Assembly (NCBI GenBank): GCA_965207065.1
Contig: OZ242260.1
Location: 4,000,001 to 4,064,000, forward strand
Length of the DNA: 64,000 bases
Direction of reading: 5' to 3'
Source of the DNA: a bacterium
GTDB taxonomy: Bacteria; UBA8248
Shown in pieces: positions 1 to 10,118 of the stretch. Every line of letters begins with the position of its first letter. The first letter of the stretch is position 1. A program made the position numbers and the translations under genes. The notes below the pieces were generated by a model. That model searched no databases, was not told the origin of the DNA, and worked only from the letters and a program-made list of their open reading frames with translations.

Positions 1-896
1 CTTTCCGCACCTCGCGCGACCTGGACCAGAACAATCATAGCGAACACGTACGGGAGCATCAGCAAAAACTGCGGCGGTATGAGTTTGGCGTATTGCGGCA
101 GGGCGTTCACCTTGAACTGGAAGGCGTCCACGTAGGCGAACAGCAGCGCGCCGACGAACGACCAGACCGGCACCCACCGCCCGAATATCACCAGCATCAG
201 GGCGAGCCACCCCCTTCCGTTCACGATGTTGTCCGTGAACGAGCCCGATATCACGAGCGGCAGGTATGCGCCCGCGACGCCCAGGAAGAGTCCGCCCACA
301 GCGCACGCGCCGTAGCGCATCCGGGCGACGTCTATTCCCACCGTGTCCGCCGCGCGCGGGTTTTCCCCGCAGGCGCGCAGCCTCAGGCCCAGCGGCGTCT
401 TGAAGAGGAAGAAGCTCACCGCCGCGACCAGGAAATAGGATAGATAGACGAGTCCGTTCTGCGCGAAGAAAATCTCGCCAATGAAGGGAATGCTCCCCAG
501 AAGCGGGATCTGCAACTCTTTTAACGTCGGCACCTGGGGAATGGATTGCACCACGCCCACCGCCAGCCGGTAGATGGTGGGCGATATCCCCAGCCCCAGG
601 ACGAATATCCCCAGCCCGATGACGATCTGGTTCGCCCGCAGGGTGATGGAGAAATACGCCAGAAGCAGCGTCAGCACGCTCCCCGAGAGCGCCGCGACGA
701 TGCAGCCGATAATCGCGCTGCCCGAGTAGTAGGTGAGCAGAAAGCCCGTCACCGAACCCAGCGTCACGACCCCCTCGATGCCGACGTTCAGAATCCCCGA
801 GCGCTCGATGATGGTCTCGCCCAGGCACGCGATGATGAGGGGCGCCATCATGAGCATCGTGAGCTGGAAAAGGGATATGTCGAAAAAAAGGGACAA
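1..896 (-). CDS. ABC transporter permease (nucleoside/simple-sugar type), 3' end outside window
   Basis: Manual minus-strand translation MSLFFDISLFQLTMLMMAPLIIACLGETIIERSGILNVGIEG...MLPYVFAMIVL; ERSGxLNxGxEG motif; hydrophobic; TTG start uncertain. Confidence 0.85.
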   Translation of the reverse strand, partial: MSLFFDISLFQLTMLMMAPLIIACLGETIIERSGILNVGIEGVVTLGSVTGFLLTYYSGSAIIGCIVAALSGSVLTLLLAYFSITLRANQIVIGLGIFVLGLGISPTIYRLAVGVVQSIPQVPTLKELQIPLLGSIPFIGEIFFAQNGLVYLSYFLVAAVSFFLFKTPLGLRLRACGENPRAADTVGIDVARMRYGACAVGGLFLGVAGAYLPLVISGSFTDNIVNGRGWLALMLVIFGRWVPVWSFVGALLFAYVDAFQFKVNALPQYAKLIPPQFLLMLPYVFAMIVLVQVARGAE

Positions 897-1255
897 GGAA
901 GTGCACCCCCGACCTGTGCTGCACACGTGCGAAAAACGCATCCCGATGCACTGCTTTTCGAGAGACTCTGTTGATTATGTACTCGTGGCTTGGCTCTCAG
1001 TATGCCTCATGTGTTTCTCAAATACAAAAGATACAGAATTCGTGTTTCCGGCTCGTTACGCGAATTTCACTCTCCATTGTTCGTTCGTTGACCAAGCCCC
1101 CGCCCGGCCCGCGCATCCCGTTCCCCGTGTAAGCGGATGCGTTGCCCGCCTCGTTCGGTTCATACATAATGCGCGCATTGCAAACGCATCCCGTAATGAA
1201 CCGACTGCCAGGATGGAGTTCGTTTCACTTCTTCGCCAATAAGGAGACCTCCGAG

Positions 1256-1972
1256 ATGGAATTGATCGATCTGAGCATGGAAATTTATCGGGACATGCCG
1301 ATTTACCCGGACCTCCCCGGTCCCTCCCTCACCGTCGATGAAGACTGGGACACTGTGGCCAGGCGCACGGGCTCGATCAACTACGGCGCCCCCATCGTGA
1401 CGAACCACTGCGTCATCTTCATGAGCGATCACACGGGAACGCACATCGACTCCCCCTGGCACAACAACCCCGACGGCTTCACGACCGAGCGCATCCCGAT
1501 CGAATGGTGCATGTCGGACGGCGTCGTCCTCGATTTCACGGATAAAGAGTCAGGCTACGCCATCACGGCGGCGGACCTGGAAGGCGCGCTCGAGAAAATC
1601 GACTACACCCTCAAGCCGCTCGACATCGTGCTCATCCGCACCGACGCGAGCGTGGACTGGCAGACGAACCCCGACTACACCATGAACCAGCCCGGCATGA
1701 GCGCGGAGGCGACCCACTACCTCATCGACAACGGTATCCGCGTGATGGGGATCGACGCGAGCGGCTGGGACGTGCCGATCTGGAAGATGCACGAGACGCG
1801 CAGCTACTGGGAGGCCCACCGGGTCATGCTGGAAAAAGACTACTGCCACATCGAGAACATGATAAACCTGAACCTGATACCCAAGTCCCACGGGTTCAAG
1901 CTCTCGGTGCTGCCCATCAAGTTCCGCGGCATGTCGGGCTCCCCCATTCGCGCGGTGGCTATCATCGAGTAG
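1256..1972 (+). CDS. Cyclase family metal-dependent hydrolase (kynurenine formamidase-like)
   Basis: LIDLS, HTGTHIDSPWH, GIDA, HIENMINL, GSPIRAVA motifs; AAGGAG RBS before ATG 1256. Confidence 0.9.
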   Translation: MELIDLSMEIYRDMPIYPDLPGPSLTVDEDWDTVARRTGSINYGAPIVTNHCVIFMSDHTGTHIDSPWHNNPDGFTTERIPIEWCMSDGVVLDFTDKESGYAITAADLEGALEKIDYTLKPLDIVLIRTDASVDWQTNPDYTMNQPGMSAEATHYLIDNGIRVMGIDASGWDVPIWKMHETRSYWEAHRVMLEKDYCHIENMINLNLIPKSHGFKLSVLPIKFRGMSGSPIRAVAIIE

Positions 1973-1997
1973 CCCCCGGGCAACTGGAGCGAGTGAA

Positions 1998-3554
1998 ATG
2001 GCGCTGGCCGTCCGCGTCCTGGCAGGCGCGTACCACGATTCGGTGAAGCTCATGCGCATCAGCGCCGCCGCTTCCGGGAGGCCGGGCGTCCGGGGGGCGG
2101 TGGCCCTCATGGGCACGCCGATGAACCTGGAGCAACTCGCAGCGAGCGGCCTGCTCGCGGAAGAAGCGAAAGGCGCCGGACCGAACGACCTCGTCCTCGT
2201 CGTGGATGCGGACGCTCCGGAGACGGCGCAAGAAGAGCTCACCATGATGGAAGCGGCGCTCACCGCCCCCCGCACAAGCGGCGGAGCGGGCCCGCTCGCG
2301 AACCTCTCCGCACCCACACTCGACGCAGCCCTGGCTGATGACCCCGGCATCAACCTCGCCCTTTTCTCGCTTCCCGGCCCAAGCGTGCGCCGGGAAGCCG
2401 AGCACGCAATCAGAAAAGGCCTCCACAGCCTCATCTTCAGCGACAACGTATCTCTTGAAGACGAGGTGGCGCTCAAGCGAATGGGGCGCGATAAGGACTT
2501 GCTCGTCATGGGTCCCGACTGCGGCACCGCGCACATCGGCGGTGTGGGACTCGGGTTTTGCAACGTGGTGCGTCCGGGCGGAATCGGCATCGTCGGCGCC
2601 ACCGGCACGGGGATTCAGGAGGCCATGGCCGCCATCGACGCATGCGGCGGCGGAATCTCCTGCGCCCTGGGCACCGGCGGACGGGACGTGTCCGACGCCG
2701 TCGGCGGCCTCGCCATGATCCAGGCTATCGAGACTTTATCCGAGGATGCGGCGACGGAGGTTCTCCTCGTTCTCGGCAAACCACCCGAGCCCGCCGCGAT
2801 GGGAAAAGTGCTCGAAGCGGCTGCGCAGTGCGCGAAGCCCGTCGTCGCCCATTTCGTCGGCGGCCATAGCGAGGACATCCTTGCGCATGCCGGTCTTCAC
2901 CCGGCGGATTCGCTGGCTGAAGCGGGGGGGCTCGCCGTCTCGCTGGGCGGTGGGCGCGCCGACGCTGCGGCGCCTGCTCTCGACTCCGAAACGAGAGAAA
3001 GAATCGCTGTATGGAGCCGCGCTCGCGACAGGAACCGCCGGTTCCTGCGCGGCGTCTACACGGGCGGAACGCTTTGCGCCGAGGCGCAGGCCATCGTCGG
3101 AAGGACGATTCCGGGGATTCGCTCCAACGCGCCTCTCGACAAGAGCCATGGCGCAATGGCCGACCCCATGAGATCGCAGGGCCATTCAGTCGTAGATATG
3201 GGCGACGATCTCTTCACGCGGGGAAAACCCCACCCCATGATTGACCCCGCGCCCAGAAGCGCGCGTATCCTTCAGGAAGCCCGCGACACCGAGACGGCGG
3301 TGGTGCTCTTCGATGTCGTCCTGGGCCTGGGCGCGCATGAAGACCCGGCGGGTGAAACCGCCATAGCTATAGAGAGAGTGCGGGAATCGAGTCCCGATGT
3401 CTTGTTTATCGCCTCCGTCACGGGCACCGGGGGCGACCCGCAGGGTCTGGCGGGCCAGCGCGCCAGACTGGCCAGGGCCGGCGCCCTGGTGGCGGACACA
3501 CATGCCGGGGCCTGTCTCGCCGCCGCTGCCGCGCTCGAGGGTCTGGACGGATGA
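1998..3554 (+). CDS. fdrA: FdrA/YahF family acyl-CoA synthetase-like protein
   Basis: YHDSVKLM, FSDNVS, MGPDCGT, GTGGRD, YTGGTL, RGKPHPMIDP motifs. Confidence 0.88.
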   Translation: MALAVRVLAGAYHDSVKLMRISAAASGRPGVRGAVALMGTPMNLEQLAASGLLAEEAKGAGPNDLVLVVDADAPETAQEELTMMEAALTAPRTSGGAGPLANLSAPTLDAALADDPGINLALFSLPGPSVRREAEHAIRKGLHSLIFSDNVSLEDEVALKRMGRDKDLLVMGPDCGTAHIGGVGLGFCNVVRPGGIGIVGATGTGIQEAMAAIDACGGGISCALGTGGRDVSDAVGGLAMIQAIETLSEDAATEVLLVLGKPPEPAAMGKVLEAAAQCAKPVVAHFVGGHSEDILAHAGLHPADSLAEAGGLAVSLGGGRADAAAPALDSETRERIAVWSRARDRNRRFLRGVYTGGTLCAEAQAIVGRTIPGIRSNAPLDKSHGAMADPMRSQGHSVVDMGDDLFTRGKPHPMIDPAPRSARILQEARDTETAVVLFDVVLGLGAHEDPAGETAIAIERVRESSPDVLFIASVTGTGGDPQGLAGQRARLARAGALVADTHAGACLAAAAALEGLDG

Positions 3555-4969
3555 ACGCGAAAAATTTGCTTGAGGGCGTCCGCGTCGTCAACGTCGGCGT
3601 GGCGTTGTTTGCGGAGAGTATCGCCGCGCAGAACGCCCCCGTGGTGCAGGTGGACTGGCGTCCCCCCGCCGGAGGAGATCCCGAAATGATCGAACACCTC
3701 GACCGACTGTCGGTTTGTGATGCGGCCAACGACGACGCCATCGAGCGCCTTCAGGCCGCAAGACCCGTATGGGTGGACATCGGCTTCGCGATAGAAGACA
3801 TCCCCGGCATGGGCGAGCGCGCCCTCTTGCACGCAGGCCCTCCCATCTCCTGGGAGAGAATGTCGGGTCCCCTGCGCGGCGCGATGGTCGGCGCGGCGCT
3901 TCTCGAGGGCTGGGCGAACGATGCGAAGGCGGCGGAAAAATTGTGCGCGAGCGGGGAAATTTCCTTCGAGCCTTGTCACCACCACTCGACAGTGGGGCCG
4001 ATGGCCGGCGTGGTCTCGCCCTCGATGCCGGTGAGCATCATCGAAAACCGTGCGCCCGAAGAACTCGGAGGCGGCGGGAGGGCCTACTGCACGCTGAACG
4101 AGGGCCTGGGCAAGGTGCTGCGCTACGGGGCGTACTCGCCGGACGTTCTGGCGCGCCTCAGATGGATGTCGGACGAACTCGCCCCCGCACTGCGCGCGGC
4201 ATTGCGAGCCATGCCCGATGGCCTGGACATCAAGAACGTCATCGCGCGCGCCCTCCAGATGGGCGATGAGGCGCACAACCGGAACGTCGCGGCCACTTCG
4301 ACAGTCGCCCGCACCCTTATGCCATACCTCGCGGAGACAGTGAGCGATACGAAGGTCATCACCCGCGTGGCGGAATTTCTTGCGGGCAACGATCACTTCT
4401 TCCTGAATCTCGCGATGCCGGCCGCCAAGGCGAGTCTGGACACCATGGCGGGCATCGAGGGGTGTTCCCTGGTCTACGCCATGTCGCGCAACGGCACGGA
4501 TTTCGGCATCAGGGTCGCCGGTCTGGGAGATGCCTGGTTCACGGCGCCCGCGAAGCATCCCGTGGGGCTGTTCTTCCCCGGCTACTCGCAGGATGACGCC
4601 AACCCGGACATCGGCGATTCCGCCATCATGGAAACGCTCGGCGTCGGCGGCTTCGCCATGGCAGCGGCGCCCGCCATCGTCGAGTTCGTGGGCGGCTCGA
4701 CGGCCGAGGCCTTCCAGGCGACGAACGAGATGTACGGCATCACCTGGGCGAGGAGCCGTGACTACACCCTGCCCGCCCTTGATTTCGCGGGCGTGCCGAC
4801 CGGCATCGACGTGCGCCAGGTGATCGAGACGGGCATCTACCCCGTCATCAACACCGGCATCGCCCACCGCGAGCCGGGCGTCGGACAGATAGGCGCAGGC
4901 GTTCTCCGCGCGCCCGAAGCGCCGTTTCAAAAGGCCTTCGAAGCCCTCGTCGAGAAGTATACGGGGTAG
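3551..4969 (+). CDS. DUF1116 (YahG/YlbE-like) protein
   Basis: LLHAGPP, VGPMAG, NEGLGKVLRYGA, MGDEAHNRN, DIGDSAI, INTGIAH motifs; ATGA overlap with fdrA. Confidence 0.88.
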   Translation: MNAKNLLEGVRVVNVGVALFAESIAAQNAPVVQVDWRPPAGGDPEMIEHLDRLSVCDAANDDAIERLQAARPVWVDIGFAIEDIPGMGERALLHAGPPISWERMSGPLRGAMVGAALLEGWANDAKAAEKLCASGEISFEPCHHHSTVGPMAGVVSPSMPVSIIENRAPEELGGGGRAYCTLNEGLGKVLRYGAYSPDVLARLRWMSDELAPALRAALRAMPDGLDIKNVIARALQMGDEAHNRNVAATSTVARTLMPYLAETVSDTKVITRVAEFLAGNDHFFLNLAMPAAKASLDTMAGIEGCSLVYAMSRNGTDFGIRVAGLGDAWFTAPAKHPVGLFFPGYSQDDANPDIGDSAIMETLGVGGFAMAAAPAIVEFVGGSTAEAFQATNEMYGITWARSRDYTLPALDFAGVPTGIDVRQVIETGIYPVINTGIAHREPGVGQIGAGVLRAPEAPFQKAFEALVEKYTG

Positions 4970-5046
4970 CCTTTCAGGGCTGTTCAGAGCAAGAAAAAAC
5001 ACTCATTTTCGTTCGCGTAAAACGCTCGCTCCTCGCTTGCGTTTGA

Positions 5047-5292
5047 CTATCTTGTTCGCTCGATGAGTTCGCGCAGGGACGCCATAGACTCCTCGTGCCT
5101 GCGGAGCCCTTCTTCTTCCCTGCGGCGGGATTCTGCCATCGCTTCAGCGTGTTTGCGCTCGGAGTCGGCTGCGCGTATCTCGGCGCCATTCGCCATGACG
5201 CGGATGCCGTAGTAGATGAGCGCGAGGCCGCCGTAAGAGGCAATGAGGTTGAGGTAGGCCGCGATGAGGTTGAGGTGTTCATACGTCGTCAT
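5047..5292 (-). CDS. Small membrane-anchored hypothetical protein with charged helical tail
   Basis: MTTYEHLNLIAAYLNLIASYGGLALIYYGIR... hydrophobic N-half, charged C-half; GGAG upstream. Confidence 0.6.
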   Translation of the reverse strand: MTTYEHLNLIAAYLNLIASYGGLALIYYGIRVMANGAEIRAADSERKHAEAMAESRRREEEGLRRHEESMASLRELIERTR

Positions 5293-5440
5293 GCGTATTC
5301 TCCCAGGATATGGGTCCCTCATTTTCCCCGTTAATTGATGACTATAGGAGCCGAACGCGCGTTTCGTCAAATCCTCCTGTAGTGACAGCCCCTCCTCGGG
5401 GCTGTCCCCCTACCCTGACGAACTCCCCCCGTCACCATGC

Positions 5441-5469
5441 TTGACACGGAACCACCCGAGCCATACGAT
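5441..5469 (+). promoter_or_regulatory. Putative sigma70 promoter for the branched-chain-type ABC operon
   Basis: TTGACA-17 bp-TACGAT. Confidence 0.55.
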
Positions 5470-5764
5470 TCATTCCATTCATCATCCTTCATAAAGAACC
5501 GGAATAGAGAAAGCTTCCTGCCATGAACCAGGAGGCGCTTGTGATGGATTCTCCCTTTCTCTTAAGAAGGCTATCCACTGGATACCCGTCCGCAAATTTT
5601 CCGGCGGGCGCTGGCCGTCTTCTGAATCAAGCCCATCCGGATCACCGGCCTCTTCCTTTGCCAACAGGTTCCCGAACGGGAACATTTCTTCTTTTCACCA
5701 AGGGCCGCAACCCCCGAAGCTGCCGGAACTACAGGAGCGGACCCTTCATAATGGAGGAAATACG

Positions 5765-6982
5765 ATGAGCGCACGCATGAAACGAGGGTTTTGCATATTT
5801 ATCGGACTGGCGTTCGCCTTGGGCGTCGTTCTCTCGACCGCGCCTGTAGAGGCGGCCAAGAAACCGCTCACGATCGGAGTGGCGATCGCCCTCACGGGCA
5901 AGGTCTCCAAATCCGGGAAACTCACCCTGCGCGGATACGAGATGTGGCAGCGCGACGTCAACGCGAAAGGAGGGCTCCTGGGCCGGAAAGTGCAGTTCAA
6001 GGTCTATGACGATGAAAGCAACCCCACCACCGGAGCGAAGCTCGTCGAACGCCTCATCAACCGCGACAAGGTGGACATGATCTTCGGGCCGTTCAGCAGT
6101 CCGGTAACCTACGCGACGAGCACGGTCACCGAGAAATACCGCTTTCCGATGATCGCGGGCGGCTCGAGCAGTTCCAAGCCGTTTTCGAGAGGCTACAAAT
6201 ACCTCTTCCAGGTGATGCGGGTGAACAACGACGCCCTGCTCGGCAACCTCTCCCTCTTGAAGGAGAAGGGAGCGAAGACCATCGTCATCATCCACTCGGC
6301 CAGCATCTATCCCTCCTCTCTGGCCAGAGGAGTTCGGAAACTGGGCGAGAAGCTCGGATTCAAGGTGCTCTCGGTCGACAAGTATCCCCCCAAGACGACG
6401 GACTTCACCTCGCTTCTGCTCAAGGCGAAAGGCCTGAACCCCGACGTGCTCTGCCTGTTCGGCTACTATCCCGACGGTCTGGCCATCTCCAAGCAGGTGA
6501 AGGAGCTGGACGTCAACCCCCGCCACCTGAACGTCATGCTCGGCGCTTCCTATGACGAGTACGGCTCCAAGAAAGGCGCCGGCCAGGACGCGAACTACGT
6601 GAGCGGCTACACGGGCTGGGAGCCGTTCATGAACACGCCGGGCAACAAGGAGTTCGTGAAGAAGTATTTCGATCAATACAAGGACGAGCGCTTGATGGAC
6701 TCGCACGTCGCCTACGGCTACCTCGTCGGCGAGGTGATGGAGCGGGCGGTGAACCAGGTCGGCTCGTTCGACCGCGACAAGATACGCGACGCCATCGCTT
6801 CAATGAAGTTCAACAGCCTGATGCCGGGGCAATTCCGGGTGGACCCGAAGTCCGGCATGCAGCTCGGCCACGAGTGGGCGGCCTTCCAGTGGCAAAACGG
6901 CAAGAAGGTCATCGTATGGCCGAAGAACGTCGCCACCGGCAAGTTCGTCTACCCCACGCCCAAGTGGAGAGCAAGAAACTAG
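5765..6982 (+). CDS. ABC transporter substrate-binding protein, branched-chain amino acid (LivJ/K) family
   Basis: Signal peptide; ALTG, VNAKGGLLGRKV, YDDESNP, GPFSS, FQWQNGK motifs. Confidence 0.92.
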   Translation: MSARMKRGFCIFIGLAFALGVVLSTAPVEAAKKPLTIGVAIALTGKVSKSGKLTLRGYEMWQRDVNAKGGLLGRKVQFKVYDDESNPTTGAKLVERLINRDKVDMIFGPFSSPVTYATSTVTEKYRFPMIAGGSSSSKPFSRGYKYLFQVMRVNNDALLGNLSLLKEKGAKTIVIIHSASIYPSSLARGVRKLGEKLGFKVLSVDKYPPKTTDFTSLLLKAKGLNPDVLCLFGYYPDGLAISKQVKELDVNPRHLNVMLGASYDEYGSKKGAGQDANYVSGYTGWEPFMNTPGNKEFVKKYFDQYKDERLMDSHVAYGYLVGEVMERAVNQVGSFDRDKIRDAIASMKFNSLMPGQFRVDPKSGMQLGHEWAAFQWQNGKKVIVWPKNVATGKFVYPTPKWRARN

Positions 6983-7015
6983 CCGCTTCCTGCGCAGGAG
7001 GGTGTGAACAAGGAC

Positions 7016-7087
7016 GTAGGGACAAGTCGCGACCTGTCCGAAGGCTGATGAGAATTGGAGTGGGGGCGGTTCGCGAACCGCCCCTAC
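7016..7087. repeat. Pair of GTAG-type REP-like palindromes
   Basis: gtagggacaagtcgcgacctgtcc and gggggcggttcgcgaaccgcccctac. Confidence 0.75.
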
Positions 7088-7180
7088 AGGTGGGGCGCTC
7101 TATTGGCGAGATAGGGTGCAGGTGGCGACAGAGAGGTTGACCAAACAGGCGATACCTACGCCCGAGGGGGATCGTAAGCC

Positions 7181-8059
7181 GTGAGTATGGAAATTATGCC
7201 GGTAATGCTCTCACAGGCCGTCATCAGCGGTTTGCTGATGGGAGCGGTTTACGCCCTGCTCGCGCTCGGCCTCACGATGGTCTTCGGCGTCATGCACGTC
7301 ATCAACATCTCTCACGGAGAGATGCTCATGCTGGGCGCCTACGTGAGCTTCTGGCTCTTTCATCAGTTCGGCCTGAGCCCCCTGCTGGCCATCCTGGCCG
7401 CCGCTCCACTCATGTTCGCCGTGGGAGCCCTCATCGAAAAAGGCATCGTCGACAAGATCGTCGAAGACATCGAGACGAACTCACTCCTCGTCACATTCGG
7501 GATATCTATCTGCATCGTGAACATCGCCATCTGGCTTTGGACTACCGACTTCAAGGCCATCCCATACCTCACCGGCTCGTGGTTCTACGGATCGTTGGTT
7601 TTCCCCAAGCCCCGCATGGTGGCCGCCGCCCTTGCCCTCGCACTGACTGCGCTCGTCTACTTCTTCCTCAAATACTCCCGGCTCGGGAAGGCAATCCGCG
7701 CGACTGCGGGCAGCCACGACCTCGCGGCTACATGCGGAATTTACGTGAAGCGCATCTACTTGATCACCTTTGGCCTGGCGAGCGCGATGGGCGGGGCCGC
7801 AGGCGTTCTGGCGAGCATCATGTTCGCCATCTACCCCGAGATGGGCGAATCGTTCCTGATGCGCTCGTTCACCGTAATCGTGCTCGGCGGAATGGGCCAC
7901 GTCGTCGGCGCCGTGCTCGGCGGAATGATCCTGGGACTCGCGGAGGGCATCGGCAGCCTCTTTCTCAGCGGAGAAGGTGGCGGGGCGATATCGTTCGCCA
8001 TCCTGTTGCTCATCCTCATCTTTCGGCCCACGGGCCTCATGGGCCGCCGGGCGGAATGA
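7181..8059 (+). CDS. livH: Branched-chain amino acid ABC permease (LivH-like)
   Basis: YALLALGLTMVFGV, HGE, GKAIRA, VLGGMG, RPTGLMG motifs. Confidence 0.88.
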   Translation: MSMEIMPVMLSQAVISGLLMGAVYALLALGLTMVFGVMHVINISHGEMLMLGAYVSFWLFHQFGLSPLLAILAAAPLMFAVGALIEKGIVDKIVEDIETNSLLVTFGISICIVNIAIWLWTTDFKAIPYLTGSWFYGSLVFPKPRMVAAALALALTALVYFFLKYSRLGKAIRATAGSHDLAATCGIYVKRIYLITFGLASAMGGAAGVLASIMFAIYPEMGESFLMRSFTVIVLGGMGHVVGAVLGGMILGLAEGIGSLFLSGEGGGAISFAILLLILIFRPTGLMGRRAE

Positions 8060-8066
8060 CGCGCAC

Positions 8067-8993
8067 GTGAAAAAATACGCTCTCTTTATCGCCGCACTGG
8101 CCGCGCTGTGTCTCTATCCCGTTTTCATGGGGCCTTATTTCATTTCGATGGCGCTTTTGATCTTCATGTACATCAGCCTGGCCAGTAGCTGGAACATCAT
8201 CTCCGGCTTCGCGGGCTACATTTCGCTGGGGCATGCGGTCTTCTTCGGGGTCGGCGCGTATTTGACAGCGCTGCAGATAACGAACTTCGGCACGCACTGG
8301 CTGCCTGCCTCTCTTATCGCGGGCGTGGGCGCATCCCTGCTGGCGGTTCCCGTGGGAGCGCTATGCCTGCGCCTCCGGGGACCTTTTTTCGCCATCTTCA
8401 TGCTCGGCCTGAACGAACTGATGGCCATCATCGCCTCGGTCTTCGACGAGATTACGGGCGGCGCGGAGGGGCTCTCCCTCCCCATCATCCGCCAGATCAT
8501 CCCGCTCTACTTCGCGATGGGCCTCGTGGCACTTTCTGTTTTTCTCGTAATGAAGTGGCTCGAATCGAGCCGCTTCGGCCTGAGACTCCTCTCGATCCGC
8601 GAAGACGAGACGGCGGCGGACACGCTGGGGACGAACACGACCCTCTACAAGTTGATCGCCTTCATCATGAGCGCGTTCTTCCCGGGCGTCGTAGGGGGGA
8701 TTTACGCCCGCTACATCACCTACATCGACCCCGAGACGGTGTTCAACATTCTCTTCAGCGTCCAGATGGTGCTCATGTGCATCCTGGGCGGGCGGGGCAC
8801 GGCGTGGGGACCGGTTATCGGGGCGACGTCGCTCTATCTCATCCTGGAGTTCACCTGGGCGAACTTTCCCCACTTCCACAAGCTGGCTTCAGGGTTCTTA
8901 ATCGTACTGATCATTCTCTACGCCCCGCGCGGGATTATGGGCTTCATATACGGGAGGGGGCTCGCGCAGCTGCGGCCATCGTTCAGGAATTAA
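8067..8993 (+). CDS. livM: Branched-chain amino acid ABC permease (LivM-like)
   Basis: SWNIISGFAGYISLGH, TGGAEG, SIREDE, ILGGRGT, PRGI motifs; GTG start. Confidence 0.88.
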   Translation: MKKYALFIAALAALCLYPVFMGPYFISMALLIFMYISLASSWNIISGFAGYISLGHAVFFGVGAYLTALQITNFGTHWLPASLIAGVGASLLAVPVGALCLRLRGPFFAIFMLGLNELMAIIASVFDEITGGAEGLSLPIIRQIIPLYFAMGLVALSVFLVMKWLESSRFGLRLLSIREDETAADTLGTNTTLYKLIAFIMSAFFPGVVGGIYARYITYIDPETVFNILFSVQMVLMCILGGRGTAWGPVIGATSLYLILEFTWANFPHFHKLASGFLIVLIILYAPRGIMGFIYGRGLAQLRPSFRN

Positions 8994-9132
8994 AACGCAT
9001 GCGCCGCGTTTTGAGGTGAGAGTCAGTAGGTATATGATGGAAAGAAAATCGGGAGAATAAAAGCCGATGGAACGCGCACAGCCCATCTGGTTTTCTTTGG
9101 TTTCGCATCGTCCTTGAAAAGGGGAGCGCATC

Positions 9133-10104
9133 ATGGAATACACCAAATCAGAAGCGAAAGCGTATTGCCGCGAGCACATGACGGGCGTCTGGGCAGCCCT
9201 CACGACACCCTTCACGCCATCTGGAGAACTGGACGAAGAGGGCCTTCGCCGGATCGTGAGGACCTGCATCGACGATCTGAAGATCGACGGGTTTTTCTGC
9301 AACGGGCTGATGGGCGAGTACTGGTCGCTCTCGCCGGAAGAACGCAAGCGCGTGCAGCACATTGTCTGCGAGGAGAGCCGGGGAGGCGCGCAGACCATCC
9401 CCCACACGCCGCACATCAACATCAAGGAGGCGGTCGAACTCACGAAACACGCAGAGGAAGTGGGGGCGGATTACGCCATCATGATCAACCCGATCTACGG
9501 CGCGCACGATGACGACGAGATTTTCCTCTACTTCAAGACCATCTGCGATCAGATAGATATCGGGCTTTCACTGTTCAACCAGCCGAAGTCGGGAACCACG
9601 CTCAGCCCCGAGCTCATCGAGCGGCTGTGTGAGCTTGAGAACATCTGCTGCATCAAGAACGCGGTTCCGAGCATGGCGCACCAGAGCGAAGTACGACGCC
9701 GCGTGGGGGACGAAATCGTCGTCTGCGACCCGAACGAGGAGAACTTTCTCGTGAGCCTCCTCCACCTGGGAATGCAGGTGCACATGTCCTCGCCCGTGCC
9801 GTATCTCTTCCAGGTGCCGGGCTACACGCCGATACGCGATTACTACGAGGCGGCGATGGCGGGCGACCTGGAGAAGGCCTGGCAGATCAACTACTCGCTC
9901 GAGCCCCTGCGCACGGTCCGCAAGAAGTATTTCACGACGGGTCCGAACGGGCGCACGACGGCGTATCTCAAAGAATGGTCGAGTCTGCTCGGCATGCCCG
10001 CAGGCGATCCGCGTCCTCCCATCGTGCCCCTCACGCAGCGGGAGAAGGACGCGTTCAGAAAAGACCTGGAGGCGACGGGGATACTGGATAAGGTGAAGGG
10101 GTAG
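9133..10104 (+). CDS. DHDPS/NAL-family class I aldolase (not canonical DapA)
   Basis: TPF, GLMGE, EERK, CIKNA (Schiff-base Lys), RPPIVPL motifs. Confidence 0.85.
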   Translation: MEYTKSEAKAYCREHMTGVWAALTTPFTPSGELDEEGLRRIVRTCIDDLKIDGFFCNGLMGEYWSLSPEERKRVQHIVCEESRGGAQTIPHTPHINIKEAVELTKHAEEVGADYAIMINPIYGAHDDDEIFLYFKTICDQIDIGLSLFNQPKSGTTLSPELIERLCELENICCIKNAVPSMAHQSEVRRRVGDEIVVCDPNEENFLVSLLHLGMQVHMSSPVPYLFQVPGYTPIRDYYEAAMAGDLEKAWQINYSLEPLRTVRKKYFTTGPNGRTTAYLKEWSSLLGMPAGDPRPPIVPLTQREKDAFRKDLEATGILDKVKG

Positions 10105-10118
10105 GAACGATTGAACCT

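Noticed and set aside
3272-5002. Long antisense or alternate-frame ORFs (this one, 16950-18182, 19744-20895, 40404-41531, 63015-63857 and others)
   Set aside because: Overlap well-supported genes and lack motifs; typical high-GC shadow ORFs.
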